Assembly (NCBI GenBank): GCA_030648155.1
Contig: JAUSIK010000016.1
Location: 81,944-145,943, forward strand
Source: Nanobdellota archaeon
GTDB taxonomy: Archaea > Nanobdellota > Nanobdellia > Pacearchaeales > GW2011-AR1
DNA length: 64,000 nt
Direction: 5' to 3'
Below, one piece after another: positions 26,641-36,651 of this stretch; positions within the stretch are counted from its first letter, which is position 1; every line of letters begins with the position of its first letter. The position numbers and the translations under genes are program-made. The notes under the pieces were generated by a model, which saw only the letters and a list, made by a program, of their open reading frames with translations, searched no databases and had not been told where the DNA came from.

Positions 26641-27015
26641 ATGGACCGCAAACACTTGGCAATATTCTTTATTCGAATTGGTTTAGCCTTTGTATTCTTG
26701 TACGCAGGCATTGGAATAATAACCAATCCTGATTCATGGATTGGATTTGTACCAAAAATTGTTTCTAAATTTATGTCTACCTATGTTGTACTTTATTCGC
26801 ATGCGATTTTAGATATTATTCTTGGAGTTTGGTTAATATATGGAAAACGAGTTTTTTATGCGTCTATACTATGCAGTTTAAACTTATTATCAATAATAAT
26901 ATTTAATGCCGGCTCGATGGATATAATATTTCGAGACATATCTATTTTATTTTCTTCCTTGGCTTTGGGAATACTAAGTTATGGTCAGGCGAATAAGTAT
27001 AAAAAGAGTGAATAA
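26641..27015 (+). CDS. DoxX-family membrane protein
   Basis: About four TM segments and N-terminal FFIRIGLAFVFLYAGIGIITNPDSW, typical of DoxX. Confidence 0.6.
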   Translation: MDRKHLAIFFIRIGLAFVFLYAGIGIITNPDSWIGFVPKIVSKFMSTYVVLYSHAILDIILGVWLIYGKRVFYASILCSLNLLSIIIFNAGSMDIIFRDISILFSSLALGILSYGQANKYKKSE

Positions 27016-27043
27016 TATTTTATATTTAAATAAAGAGGGGAAT

Positions 27044-28003
27044 ATGAATAAATACGATGCAGTAACTGTTGGAAGCGGATTAGTGGATGCGTATGTAAGG
27101 GCTGAATTTAAGGAAAAAGATGGTATGATGTATTTTCCATCTGGAACCAAAATATTAGTAGATAAAATAGCTTTTTCTGTCGGAGGAGGGGGAATAAACA
27201 GCGCAATGTGCTTTTCACATCTTGGACTAAAAACAGGCTTTATGGGAAAAATTGGAAGCAAGGCCAATGGGAGTATAATTACGCGAGAGTTAATAAAGAA
27301 TAAAATTGATTTTTTAGGAGTTATTTCAAAAAAAGAGCATACAGGATACTCTATTATTTTAGAAAGTGAAAAAAAGAATAGAACTATAGTGAGCTCAAAG
27401 GCAGCAAGCGATAATTTAAAATTCAGCGAGATAAATTTAGGAAAATTTGAAACGAAATGGTTTTACTTTACTTCACTTGGCGGAGAATCATTTTTAACAC
27501 AAAAGAAAATAGCTATATATGCCAGAAAAAATAAAATTATGCTTGCATATAATCCTAGCAGTTACCATACCAAAAAAGGAATTGATTATTTAAGGCCAAT
27601 ATTAGAAAATTGCAATGTGTTAAGCTTGAATAAAGAGGAGGCTAAAATGCTTATTAGAAACGGAAATTTATACAAGGGATTAAGAAATCTTGGGCCAAAT
27701 ATTGTTTCCATAACTGATGGGGCAGGTGAAGGGGGAATTTATGATGGAAAATATTTGTACAGTTACATTCCTCCAAAAATTAATGTTAAGGAAGCTACTG
27801 GCGCTGGAGATGTTTTTGCAAGTTCTTTTGTAAGCGGTTTATTAAAATTAGGAAACATTGAGGGGGCTTTGAAAGCTGCAATAACTCACTCTGCTTTTGC
27901 AATTAGCAGAGAAGATGGAATTGGAAAAAGATTATCTAGTTGGAAAAATATTGAGAAGATTATGCAAAAAAATAAATTAAAAATTAAAAAAATAGAACTA
28001 TGA
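27044..28003 (+). CDS. PfkB-family carbohydrate kinase (ribokinase-like)
   Basis: GGGGINSA (GG motif) and the C-terminal TGAGDVFASSFVSG anion-hole motif. ATG 27044 is preferred over the 26981 extension, which overlaps the DoxX gene. Confidence 0.8.
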   Translation: MNKYDAVTVGSGLVDAYVRAEFKEKDGMMYFPSGTKILVDKIAFSVGGGGINSAMCFSHLGLKTGFMGKIGSKANGSIITRELIKNKIDFLGVISKKEHTGYSIILESEKKNRTIVSSKAASDNLKFSEINLGKFETKWFYFTSLGGESFLTQKKIAIYARKNKIMLAYNPSSYHTKKGIDYLRPILENCNVLSLNKEEAKMLIRNGNLYKGLRNLGPNIVSITDGAGEGGIYDGKYLYSYIPPKINVKEATGAGDVFASSFVSGLLKLGNIEGALKAAITHSAFAISREDGIGKRLSSWKNIEKIMQKNKLKIKKIEL

Positions 28004-28992
28004 AAATTGGATTTTTTGAACTTGAGAAATGGGAGCAAGATTATATAAAAAATAATTTGAATGGACATAAAATTTTTTTTTACAGTGAGAAGCTAAATAT
28101 TAAAAATGCACACAAAATAAAAAATTTAGATGCTGTTGTTTGTTTTATCTATTCTAGATTAACTAAAGATGTGCTAATGAAAACCTCTGGAATAAAACTA
28201 ATAAGCACAATGTCTACAGGGTTTAATCATATTGATACAAATTACTGCAAAGAAAATGGGATAAAAGTCAGCAATGTTCCATCCTATGGAGAAAATACCG
28301 TTGCAGAGCATGCTTTTGGATTGATATTATCTTTATCGAAGAAATTAAACTTAGCAATAGCTCGGACAAAAAAAGATAATTTTTCTCTTAAAGGATTAAT
28401 GGGATTTGACTTAAAAGGAAAAAAGTTAGGTGTTATTGGTGTAGGCAAAATAGGATATCAAGTTATAAGGATGGCAAAAGGATTTGACATGGATATTATT
28501 GCATTTGATTTATATAAGAATAATGGATGGGAAAAAGAATTAGGATTTACATACGTCTCCTTAGATAAACTGCTTATGCAATCGGATATAATAACACTCC
28601 ACGTACCTCTAAATGGAGAAACCAGACATATTATCAATATGGGAAATATAAAAAAAATTAAAAGAGGGGTATATATTGTAAATACTTCAAGAGGAGAAGT
28701 AATTGAAACTAAGGCATTGCTTTACGGCCTTGATAAGGGAATTATAAGCGGGGCTGGTCTAGATGTTTTAGAAGAGGAAAACCAAATGAGGGAACATAAG
28801 AAATATTTACATTCTAGCAAAAACAACGGTGAAATAATGAGGCAAAATCACAAATTGCTAAAAAATGATAATGTTTTAATAACTCCACATTCGGCTTTTT
28901 ATACTAAAGAAGCAATCAAAAGAATATTAGATACCACTATAGAAAATATTAATAGCTTTTCTAAGGGTAAAACATTGAATAGTGTTTACTAA
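28000..28992 (+). CDS. D-isomer-specific 2-hydroxyacid dehydrogenase
   Basis: NAD-binding GVIGVGKIGYQV, with NTSRG and TPHSAF catalytic-domain motifs. Confidence 0.85.
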   Translation: MKIGFFELEKWEQDYIKNNLNGHKIFFYSEKLNIKNAHKIKNLDAVVCFIYSRLTKDVLMKTSGIKLISTMSTGFNHIDTNYCKENGIKVSNVPSYGENTVAEHAFGLILSLSKKLNLAIARTKKDNFSLKGLMGFDLKGKKLGVIGVGKIGYQVIRMAKGFDMDIIAFDLYKNNGWEKELGFTYVSLDKLLMQSDIITLHVPLNGETRHIINMGNIKKIKRGVYIVNTSRGEVIETKALLYGLDKGIISGAGLDVLEEENQMREHKKYLHSSKNNGEIMRQNHKLLKNDNVLITPHSAFYTKEAIKRILDTTIENINSFSKGKTLNSVY

Positions 28993-29009
28993 TTGAAATA
29001 CAATTAAGA

Positions 29010-30224
29010 TTATTCATATCTTAGAGCTTCTACTGGCTTTACCTTTAAAGCCCTGTATGCAGGCCAGAACCCTGAAATTATTCCAACGAAAAACGCAAAA
29101 GCCATACAACCTACTAAAAGATAAATAGGTGTTGCTGCTTTTAGAAGGGTTGTTCCTAATTGATTTACTGCAATATATTCTATTAAATTACTTACCCCTA
29201 TTCCTAGTAGAATCCCAATAATCCCACCTATAAGGCCTAAAATTCCTGCCTCAACTAAAAAGATTGAAAGAATATCTTTGTTTTTTGCACCTATTGCTTT
29301 CATTACACCTATTTCTCTTGTTCTTTCTAGAACTGAAGTAAACATTGTATTGGCGATGCCAATACCTCCAACTAAAAGAGAAATAGCGGCGACACTTAAA
29401 AGAAAAGTTGTAAGGACATTTAAGACCGAACCAAAACTTGAAAGTATTTCTTCAGGAGTATTAATATTAAAATCCCTATTTTCTTCATCTACATTTCTAA
29501 ATTTTGATAATCTTCGTTGTACTCTTTCTGCAACTTCATTGATGTCTTCATTTTCATTTACCTGCACTGCAATTTGATCAATTCTCTCTTTTGTTTCTGG
29601 AAATAAAATTCTAAAATTATCAAGAGGCATAAAAATAAGCCTGTCATCGAATGGATTTCCAACTGTTTTTAATATAGATTTAACTTTAAACTCTTTTTCG
29701 TTAACTAATAATTTATTCAGAGGCCTTACTTGCTTTGTAAAGAAAACTCCATTTTTGTATTGATTTCCAATCATTATTTCATTACTATCTCCTTCCTCTA
29801 AAAGCCTCCCATCTTCGGCTTTATAGAATCCTGATTCTATAAATACTGATGAGTGATCTAATGGAATTCCAATAACAAAGGTATAGCGTATTTCATCATT
29901 AAATTCCACTTTTCCAGTACTCCCAACCCAATAAGAAAAGTCTTTTACTCCTGGAGTTTTTTCAATTACTTCTACATCTTCTAATGTAAATTGAACTGCC
30001 CCTCCCGTTCCAGGGCCTGCAAGCTGGCCTCTAGGTTCAATGAAAAATTTATCTGTTCCGAATTGGCGAAAAAGCTCTTCGACTGCACCTTGTAAACCTA
30101 AGGAAACACTAATTAAAACAAAAATTGTTGCTACAGCAATTAATATTCCTATTAATGTCAATGATGATCTTACTCTTTTTTTTAGAAGATTTCTACCTGC
30201 AATTTTAAAGTAGTCGGAAATCAT
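29010..30224 (-). CDS. ABC transporter permease, MacB/FtsX family
   Basis: N-terminal TM segment, large extracytoplasmic domain, and C-terminal FtsX module GGIGIANTMFTSVLERTREIGVMKAIGA. Confidence 0.85.
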   Translation of the reverse strand: MISDYFKIAGRNLLKKRVRSSLTLIGILIAVATIFVLISVSLGLQGAVEELFRQFGTDKFFIEPRGQLAGPGTGGAVQFTLEDVEVIEKTPGVKDFSYWVGSTGKVEFNDEIRYTFVIGIPLDHSSVFIESGFYKAEDGRLLEEGDSNEIMIGNQYKNGVFFTKQVRPLNKLLVNEKEFKVKSILKTVGNPFDDRLIFMPLDNFRILFPETKERIDQIAVQVNENEDINEVAERVQRRLSKFRNVDEENRDFNINTPEEILSSFGSVLNVLTTFLLSVAAISLLVGGIGIANTMFTSVLERTREIGVMKAIGAKNKDILSIFLVEAGILGLIGGIIGILLGIGVSNLIEYIAVNQLGTTLLKAATPIYLLVGCMAFAFFVGIISGFWPAYRALKVKPVEALRYE

Positions 30225-31432
30225 TTTCTTAATGCCTCAATTGGATTTAACCTTGAAGCTTGAAATGCTGGAATTATTCCTGATAGAACGCCAATTAAAA
30301 ATGAGAATGATAATGAAAATAAAACTAACGGAAATGAAATTGAAACAATAAAATCAATTCCTAAAAATGAGCTTGCTACACCTGAAGCAAGAAACGCTAA
30401 ACTTAGACCTATTATTATACCCACTATACCTCCAACTAAACCAAGAAAGGCTGATTCAAATAAAAAAATATAAAGAATGTCTTTGTTTTTAGCTCCTATT
30501 GCTTTCATTACACCTATTTCCCTTGTTCTTTCTAGAACTGAAGTAAACATTGTATTGGCTATGCCAATACCTCCAATTAAAAGTGAAATTGAAGCTATTC
30601 CTGTTATTACTATTCTTATAACTCCTAGAATAGTATTAATTGTCTCTACACTTTGGACCGGCGATTGTACTGAAAAATCATCTTCTCCTTCTTTGAGATC
30701 TCTGTCTTCCCTTAGTTCTACTGCTATTCGTTGGGCAACATCTTCTATTTGATTTTTATCTACAACTTGAACAATGATCATGTCGATTTCATCATCGATG
30801 TTTAGAATATCCATTAGTTCTGATTCTGCCATTAGAATTACTGAATTTATCTGAAAAGTACTTGCCTTTTTTAGTATCCCTATAACTTCAAATTCTTTTC
30901 CCTGAATTTTTAACATTGAACCAATCCTTACTTTTTTTCCAAACCTATCATCTGTAAAATCATTTCCTAAAACTACTTTACCTCTATCGCTAGCTTCTAA
31001 TAACCTGCCTGATTCTAATTCTATATTTAAAGAGTCATAAATAATTTCCAATTGTACTTTATTGTCAGGCATGCTAGCAATATAACTGAAATCAGAAACT
31101 TTGTTAAAATCTACTTTCACTATTCGAATAAGCCGAGGGATAGTTTCTTTTACTCCTGAAACAGATGATAAAACTCTTAGGTCGTGCTCATTTAATTTAT
31201 TTACAACAGTACTGCCAGGTGGTCCAAACCCTGTTCCTGCATTTTGAACAACTAGTTTATCGGCATCAAGAGTTGCAAATTGGCCGGTTATTGCTTGCTG
31301 AAGTGCATCACCAAGAGATATTAATGAAACTACTGCAGCGATACCAATAAATATTCCAAGCATTGTAAGCCATGATCTTAGACCTCTGTTTTTAATATTT
31401 TTCAGAGCTAGGATAATATAATCCCTTATCAT
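30221..31432 (-). CDS. ABC transporter permease, MacB/FtsX family (tandem paralog)
   Basis: Same architecture as 29010..30224 and the same FtsX motif. Confidence 0.85.
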   Translation of the reverse strand: MIRDYIILALKNIKNRGLRSWLTMLGIFIGIAAVVSLISLGDALQQAITGQFATLDADKLVVQNAGTGFGPPGSTVVNKLNEHDLRVLSSVSGVKETIPRLIRIVKVDFNKVSDFSYIASMPDNKVQLEIIYDSLNIELESGRLLEASDRGKVVLGNDFTDDRFGKKVRIGSMLKIQGKEFEVIGILKKASTFQINSVILMAESELMDILNIDDEIDMIIVQVVDKNQIEDVAQRIAVELREDRDLKEGEDDFSVQSPVQSVETINTILGVIRIVITGIASISLLIGGIGIANTMFTSVLERTREIGVMKAIGAKNKDILYIFLFESAFLGLVGGIVGIIIGLSLAFLASGVASSFLGIDFIVSISFPLVLFSLSFSFLIGVLSGIIPAFQASRLNPIEALRK

Positions 31433-32317
31433 TTATGATTCCTGCAATTTATTTCTTTTTGCTTTTCGCATTCTGCTTCTTAACACTCTGTATAAAACAA
31501 TAATTAATATTAATGCGATAATTAAGCCAATGTATAATCCTGTATTGCTTTTTTCAATTAAACCTAATTCTAATGCCCTTTCTTTAGTGTAAACTGTCAG
31601 AGGAATACTGATAGTTTTAGTTATAATTTTATTATCAAAATCTCTATACTCTAATTGGCCCACTAATGCTGAATTTTGATCTCTGTAAACTACATCAAAT
31701 GAAATTGTTTCAAAATCATCTGAATCAATATTTCCAATGTATACATTTTTATCTGAAAGTAATGTGAATCCTTGGGGTTCGATAGTTACTGAAACAAACT
31801 TAGCATCTGCAAAACCTTTATTCACAACCTTTAATGTTAAGCGGGTTTGCGTTCCTATTACTGGTTTTTCTGTTTCTGCTGAAAAAGATAAATCTGCATT
31901 TGCCCTTATAGTTATTCCAATTGTTCCTTGTCTTGTAACAGAAGTGGTGTTTACAGTATATGTAATTACATAAGGAATTTTATAGTCTCCTGGTGCGATA
32001 TCATTGGCGGCTTTTATTCTAAATGAGAATTCTTCTTCGTCACCTTCATCAATTTCATCTATAGAATCTTCTGAATTGCCAATTGAAATAAAAGGCAAAT
32101 TGGTTAAGTCTAGCCTTATAGAAACCGAGGTCGCATCATCTTCTAACTCGTTGCTTAATTCTATATTAAGACTTCCAGTTTGACCAGGAGTTAATGTTTC
32201 TGATTCCACTGAACTAATTGTAATAGCTGAGGAAAAAACAGAAAATATAGCTACTAGATAGACTAGGGAAAGTGTAAATTTAAGGGCTGATTTTGTTTTG
32301 GCCATGTTGTTTTTCAT
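31433..32317 (-). CDS. Secreted Ig-like/CARDB-type (COG1361-like) protein with C-terminal TM anchor
   Basis: Signal-like N-terminus, beta-rich repeats, and C-terminal TM segment GLYIGLIIALILIIVLY followed by a basic tail. It directly abuts the permease gene. Confidence 0.5.
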   Translation of the reverse strand: MKNNMAKTKSALKFTLSLVYLVAIFSVFSSAITISSVESETLTPGQTGSLNIELSNELEDDATSVSIRLDLTNLPFISIGNSEDSIDEIDEGDEEEFSFRIKAANDIAPGDYKIPYVITYTVNTTSVTRQGTIGITIRANADLSFSAETEKPVIGTQTRLTLKVVNKGFADAKFVSVTIEPQGFTLLSDKNVYIGNIDSDDFETISFDVVYRDQNSALVGQLEYRDFDNKIITKTISIPLTVYTKERALELGLIEKSNTGLYIGLIIALILIIVLYRVLRSRMRKAKRNKLQES

Positions 32318-32345
32318 GTTGAGTGATTTAAAAGATTTTGGGTGT

Positions 32346-32666
32346 TTACTCTTCCATTAAATGAAGATTAGTAATATCTGCTTTGTTGTAAATTCCATAA
32401 TTACGTTTGGCTCTTGTGTTATTTGAGATCGATTGGTTTCCATTTAAATAATCTCTAATGGAGTAGTTAGCTAAATAGGATATATTTTTCATAAAGAAAT
32501 AGTGTTCTCCAATTTTATCTAGATTTCCAGTTACTATTTCATCTGTACGTATTGATTCAAATATCACCGTTTTTCCTAACAATGCGTTTAGCTCTTCTGC
32601 TTCTAGTACTTTTTGCTCTGCTAAAATTTGCTCTAATTTTTGTTCTTGTTTTGGTACTTTTGCCAT
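32346..32666 (-). CDS. Hypothetical protein
   Basis: ORF track only. Confidence 0.4.
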   Translation of the reverse strand: MAKVPKQEQKLEQILAEQKVLEAEELNALLGKTVIFESIRTDEIVTGNLDKIGEHYFFMKNISYLANYSIRDYLNGNQSISNNTRAKRNYGIYNKADITNLHLMEE

Positions 32667-32762
32667 AAAATGAAGTGATTTGTTGATTATTTAAACCTTT
32701 GTTTTTGTTACTATTTTTAAGTTAATATTGAATAATTTTACCAGACCTATCTTTTCTTTTTT

Positions 32763-33101
32763 CTAAACAAGAGAAATATTTTTCATTGATTCTTTTATGT
32801 TTTTTAGGTCTTTGGTACATGTATTCCATATTCTCTTTATACTTGCTTCAAAATAAGAATGAATTATAAAATCTCTAAATTGGGCCATCTCAAACCAGGG
32901 AACATGCTTATTTTTTTCCTTTAAAGACCTGGGAATATTTCTACTTGCCTCACCAATAATCTCCAATCGCCTTATTACTGCATCTTGCAATTTTTTATCT
33001 TTGTTGAACTGCTCTTCTGAAATGCCTTTAATGTATTCTTCTATTAACTGTATGCATTCATTAATATCGTTAAGATATAACTTGTAATCCCTTTTCATCA
33101 T
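32763..33101 (-). CDS. HEPN-domain (DUF86) toxin, HepT-like
   Basis: Rx4-6H-type region RRLEIIGEASRNIP...FRDFIIHSYF. The start overlaps the MNT gene stop by 4 nt. Confidence 0.8.
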   Translation of the reverse strand: MMKRDYKLYLNDINECIQLIEEYIKGISEEQFNKDKKLQDAVIRRLEIIGEASRNIPRSLKEKNKHVPWFEMAQFRDFIIHSYFEASIKRIWNTCTKDLKNIKESMKNISLV

Positions 33102-33391
33102 AAAATGGAAATTTCATCACCCAATATTATCTCTTTTAATTCAGGTCTTATTGTTTCATATTCTACCAGATCAACTTTTTTGTTTATTGCATCTTGCAAA
33201 ATTTTTTTAAGCCTTATTGTTTCTATTAAACCGAATTCGTCATTTATTTTTACCAAAACATCAATATCGCTATTCTCCCTTTGCTCTCCTCTCGCGTAGC
33301 TTCCAAAAATGCCTGCTTTTTTAACTCCATTATTCTTTAATAGAGGACTTATTATTTTTTTTATCTCCTCTATCTCAAGTTTTTTTTCCAT
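33098..33391 (-). CDS. Minimal nucleotidyltransferase antitoxin, MntA-like
   Basis: GIFGSYARGEQRENSDIDVLV (GSx10DxD motif). Confidence 0.85.
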   Translation of the reverse strand: MEKKLEIEEIKKIISPLLKNNGVKKAGIFGSYARGEQRENSDIDVLVKINDEFGLIETIRLKKILQDAINKKVDLVEYETIRPELKEIILGDEISIL

Positions 33392-33436
33392 ATAAATTGA
33401 ATGTTAAAGAAGTTTTTAAGACTTTCTTATATAATA

Positions 33437-34150
33437 TTATTTACCAATAACCCATTTTCCTTTAACCTTTTTGGTAACTTTTTCTATTTTGCCGTCTTTT
33501 AGCCAGTATATTTTTTCTGTGTATTTTTGGGCTAAATTTGGTTCGTGGGTGATAATAATAATCGTTTTTCCTTTTTTGTTTAGGCCTTGGAGAAATTGCA
33601 TAACTTTCTCTCCAGTAATAGTATCTAAATTTCCTGTTGGTTCGTCAGCAAGGATAATATCGGGATCATTCGCAAGAGCACGAGCAATGGCTACTCTTTG
33701 CTGTTGGCCACCTGAAAGCTGATTAGGATAATGATCTTCCCTATCTGCAAGGTCGACTAATTTTAAAAGAGATTCTGCTTTTTCAAGCCTATCCTCTTTT
33801 CTAATGTTCTGGAATAACATTGGAAGCATAATATTCTCTTTGGCAGTTAGGTTAGGAATTAAGTTGAAACTTTGAAAAATGAAGCCTATTTTTTTGCCTC
33901 TAAATTGAGCTAATTCCGATTCCTTAAAATGGGAAATATCTATTTTGTCTAGATAAATCGAGCCTTTTGTTGGAGTATCTAAACTGCCAACAAGATTCAT
34001 TGCAGTTGATTTGCCAGAACCTGATGGGCCCATTATCGCCACAAAATCACCTTTGTTTATGTCTATATCCAGCCCATTTAGAGCTTTGACTATATTATCC
34101 CCCATTTCATAATACTTATGGACTTCTTTCAATTTTATTAATTCTGTCAT
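33437..34150 (-). CDS. ABC transporter ATP-binding protein (MacB/LolD-type)
   Basis: Walker [10 protein letters not shown], signature [15 protein letters not shown], Walker [12 protein letters not shown]. Confidence 0.9.
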   Translation of the reverse strand: MTELIKLKEVHKYYEMGDNIVKALNGLDIDINKGDFVAIMGPSGSGKSTAMNLVGSLDTPTKGSIYLDKIDISHFKESELAQFRGKKIGFIFQSFNLIPNLTAKENIMLPMLFQNIRKEDRLEKAESLLKLVDLADREDHYPNQLSGGQQQRVAIARALANDPDIILADEPTGNLDTITGEKVMQFLQGLNKKGKTIIIITHEPNLAQKYTEKIYWLKDGKIEKVTKKVKGKWVIGK

Positions 34151-34223
34151 AAAAATAATCTAATTAGATGGTTTAAGTAGTTTTTTATTTACGGAAAAAG
34201 TATAAAAACAGCACTTCACTAAA

Positions 34224-34565
34224 TTGGAAATGGGCTTAGAGGATTTGGCAGAGCAAATTGACATAGACAAAGTCAATACTGGTGGTTTGGGAGACTTGGG
34301 AATAAGCCCTGATAATCTGTTTTCTGCTTTTTGGAGTTCAATGCCTGCCGAATACGCAAACAAATTTTCTTTAATGTTAGATTTAGGTATTGGCCTATTA
34401 ATTGCAGGAATTATTTATATTGGATTTATGCTATTAATTAAGTTTTTTTCTGCTTTTTTTGGAGCGAAAAAATTGAAAAAAATAAGCTTCCAGCTGGACG
34501 AGGTTGTTTATTTATTAGGCAAAAATAAGAATCATAAGGACGATACTCAAAAGAAGAAGCATTAA
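34224..34565 (+). CDS. Small membrane protein
   Basis: TM segment LGIGLLIAGIIYIGFMLLIKFF. Preferred over the overlapping minus ORF 34160..34363. Confidence 0.4.
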   Translation: MEMGLEDLAEQIDIDKVNTGGLGDLGISPDNLFSAFWSSMPAEYANKFSLMLDLGIGLLIAGIIYIGFMLLIKFFSAFFGAKKLKKISFQLDEVVYLLGKNKNHKDDTQKKKH

Positions 34566-34798
34566 ATTGAAATTTGGCTCAAATTACTCTCTGAATTTGG
34601 TGTTTCTTCATAATAAAAAACTTCTCCAAAGCGAACATCCTCCGGCGAATATGATTTTATTACGCCATTAATTCTTAGACCATACCTAATACTCTCCTTA
34701 TCTGCTTCTGCTTCTACTTCTACTACTCTAACTTGAAGTATATTATTATTCTCGATATAAATAACTTGATCTCCAACTGAAAATATTTTTCTTGTCAT
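34562..34798 (-). CDS. Hypothetical small protein
   Basis: ORF track only. Confidence 0.4.
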   Translation of the reverse strand: MTRKIFSVGDQVIYIENNNILQVRVVEVEAEADKESIRYGLRINGVIKSYSPEDVRFGEVFYYEETPNSESNLSQISI

Positions 34799-34911
34799 GA
34801 AAATACGCGATTATATGGCTATTTAAGGGTTGCTGTTTTGGACATTTTGTATAATATCATTACAATCGTCATAAAAGGAATATTTAAATATCCAGGTGGA
34901 TCCTATATGAT

Positions 34912-35361
34912 ATGAAAGGTACTAGGCCCATATTCGTAACACTTCTTTGTATATTACTTTTCATAATAACTATTGGACTTTTCACAAGCTGGGGGTATCA
35001 ATCAGTTAATTATATTCTAAGTCAATCATTTAATGTTGAGTCAGAAAGTACAATATATGATTTATTTATAGGAATAATTGCTATAATCGCAAGCGTTTTA
35101 GTTTTCATTGGTGCCACATATATTTGGAAAATGAATTACAAGGGGCCTATATGGGTGTTATTCGGTTCAATAGGCTTTCTTATAAAAAATATTCTTGATA
35201 TTATTAATGATATCAATCCTCTTATGAAGGCAAGCGAAGTTGGTTCATTAGATATAAATATAGCTTCTTTAGCGATAGCCTCTGATATCTTTCAGTTTGC
35301 CTTTTGGATATTTATAATTATTTTCTTTAATAGAAGCTCGTTCAAAGAACATCTATCCTAA
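34912..35361 (+). CDS. Membrane protein (4 TM)
   Basis: Hydrophobicity pattern. Confidence 0.5.
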   Translation: MKGTRPIFVTLLCILLFIITIGLFTSWGYQSVNYILSQSFNVESESTIYDLFIGIIAIIASVLVFIGATYIWKMNYKGPIWVLFGSIGFLIKNILDIINDINPLMKASEVGSLDINIASLAIASDIFQFAFWIFIIIFFNRSSFKEHLS

Positions 35362-35406
35362 ATCATTATGCGGAAACTTTAAAAAGCATGAATGAGGAAT
35401 AATATT

Positions 35407-35604
35407 ATGATAATACCAGTTAGATGTTGGAGCTGTGGGAAGCCAATAGGGCACTTATGGCAGGAATATAAGAAAAGAATAGATGCTGGAGAAGATTCTG
35501 GAAAAGTTTTAGATGAACTCGGACTTGATAGATATTGCTGTAGAGGTACTTTACTAGGCCATGCAGATATGCTGCCTGAAATAACTAAGTTCAAGAAAGC
35601 TTAA
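35407..35604 (+). CDS. rpoN: RNA polymerase subunit Rpo10/RpoN
   Basis: MIIPVRCWSCGKPIGHLW...LGLDRYCCR. The internal Met is chosen because RpoN orthologs start MIIPVRC. Confidence 0.85.
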   Translation: MIIPVRCWSCGKPIGHLWQEYKKRIDAGEDSGKVLDELGLDRYCCRGTLLGHADMLPEITKFKKA

Positions 35605-35845
35605 ATTTATTCTTAAAATTACAATTTTCACATATTATTGTTTTATGGGTTTTTAATATTCGTGTTTTCCCTTTTAATTGGGAAAGGCATTTTTTACAAA
35701 ACTTTTTTCTATAATGCCCGAGTTTTATTTTATATTTCATGGCAAGGCGTCTTGTCTTTTTCATCTCTTCTGGAGTGAATTTTTGCTTGGCGAAGAAAAG
35801 ATTTATCTTTTCTTGGGCTTCATTTTTTGTAAGGGGAGATTTCAT
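35591..35845 (-). CDS. rnp4: RNase P protein component 4 (Rpp21/Rpr2)
   Basis: Helical basic N-terminus plus the zinc ribbon FCKKC...x~20...CENC. Confidence 0.7.
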   Translation of the reverse strand: MKSPLTKNEAQEKINLFFAKQKFTPEEMKKTRRLAMKYKIKLGHYRKKFCKKCLSQLKGKTRILKTHKTIICENCNFKNKFKLS

Positions 35846-35966
35846 TATTCATTAAATGAGTAGATAGTTAAGTAAGTTTCTATTGGGATTCTATCTAAAT
35901 ATCAACTTTCTCTAACGCAAATAAAGAGATAGTAAGATTTTTAAGGTTTAATTTGTCATTAGTAGC

Positions 35967-36386
35967 GTGAAAGATTTTGATATCGATTTTGGTTTAAATA
36001 AGAATATTCATGGATTTAGAAAGAAAGATATTGCTTCCCCTAAAATAGGAGATATTTATATTACTAAAGTTGGTCACAGAGGTATTACTCAAACACAAAA
36101 AGCGGAAGTTAAAAAAAGAGCAAAATATAGATGTGAGAAATGTGGAAAGAAAAAGGATTCTGAAGATTTAGAAGTCGACCATAAGATAGCAATTCATAAG
36201 TATAGTAAGGGGAAAGTTATGGATGAGGTTACGGCTAAGATTAATTATGGAATGAGAAGAGAAAAAATGCTATATGATAAAATAGATAATTATCAAGCAT
36301 TGTGTAAAAAATGCCATAATGCAAAAAATAAGGAAGAAGCTGGAGAAAGGGCTAAAAAAAGAAAACTCAATTCTATACTTGACTGA
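35967..36386 (+). CDS. HNH endonuclease
   Basis: CEKCGKK...LEVDHKIAIHK...ALCKKCHNAKN (CxxC...DH...N...CxxCH). GTG start as in the ORF track. Confidence 0.75.
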   Translation: MKDFDIDFGLNKNIHGFRKKDIASPKIGDIYITKVGHRGITQTQKAEVKKRAKYRCEKCGKKKDSEDLEVDHKIAIHKYSKGKVMDEVTAKINYGMRREKMLYDKIDNYQALCKKCHNAKNKEEAGERAKKRKLNSILD

Positions 36387-36440
36387 AATTAAGAAAAATA
36401 TAAACTCTCAATACTCAACACTTTACTCGGAAGAGAGTAA

Positions 36441-36450
36441 AGCTTAAATA
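36441..36450 (+). promoter_or_regulatory. TATA-like box (agcttaaata) upstream of 5S rRNA
   Basis: Ends 21 nt before the 5S 5' end. Confidence 0.45.
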
Positions 36451-36470
36451 CCTTCATTTAGATATGAAAA

Positions 36471-36587
36471 TGAAGACGGCCATAGTAATGAGGCAATACC
36501 TGTTCCCATTTCGAACACAGAAGTCAAGCTCACTACGTCTGCTGCGTTAGTCTCCGACAAGAGGCGAAGCACAGATGCTGTCTTCAC
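36471..36587 (+). rRNA. rrf: 5S ribosomal RNA (stand-alone)
   Basis: Terminal helix TGAAGACGG / CTGTCTTCA and the conserved core ggccatag...cccatttcgaacacagaagtcaagc, followed by a T-run (36589-36595). Confidence 0.85.
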
Positions 36588-36651
36588 CTTTTTTTATTAT
36601 ATAGATTGATCTTGCACAATCCTTAAAAATCAATTATTTGTAAGAATGTAA

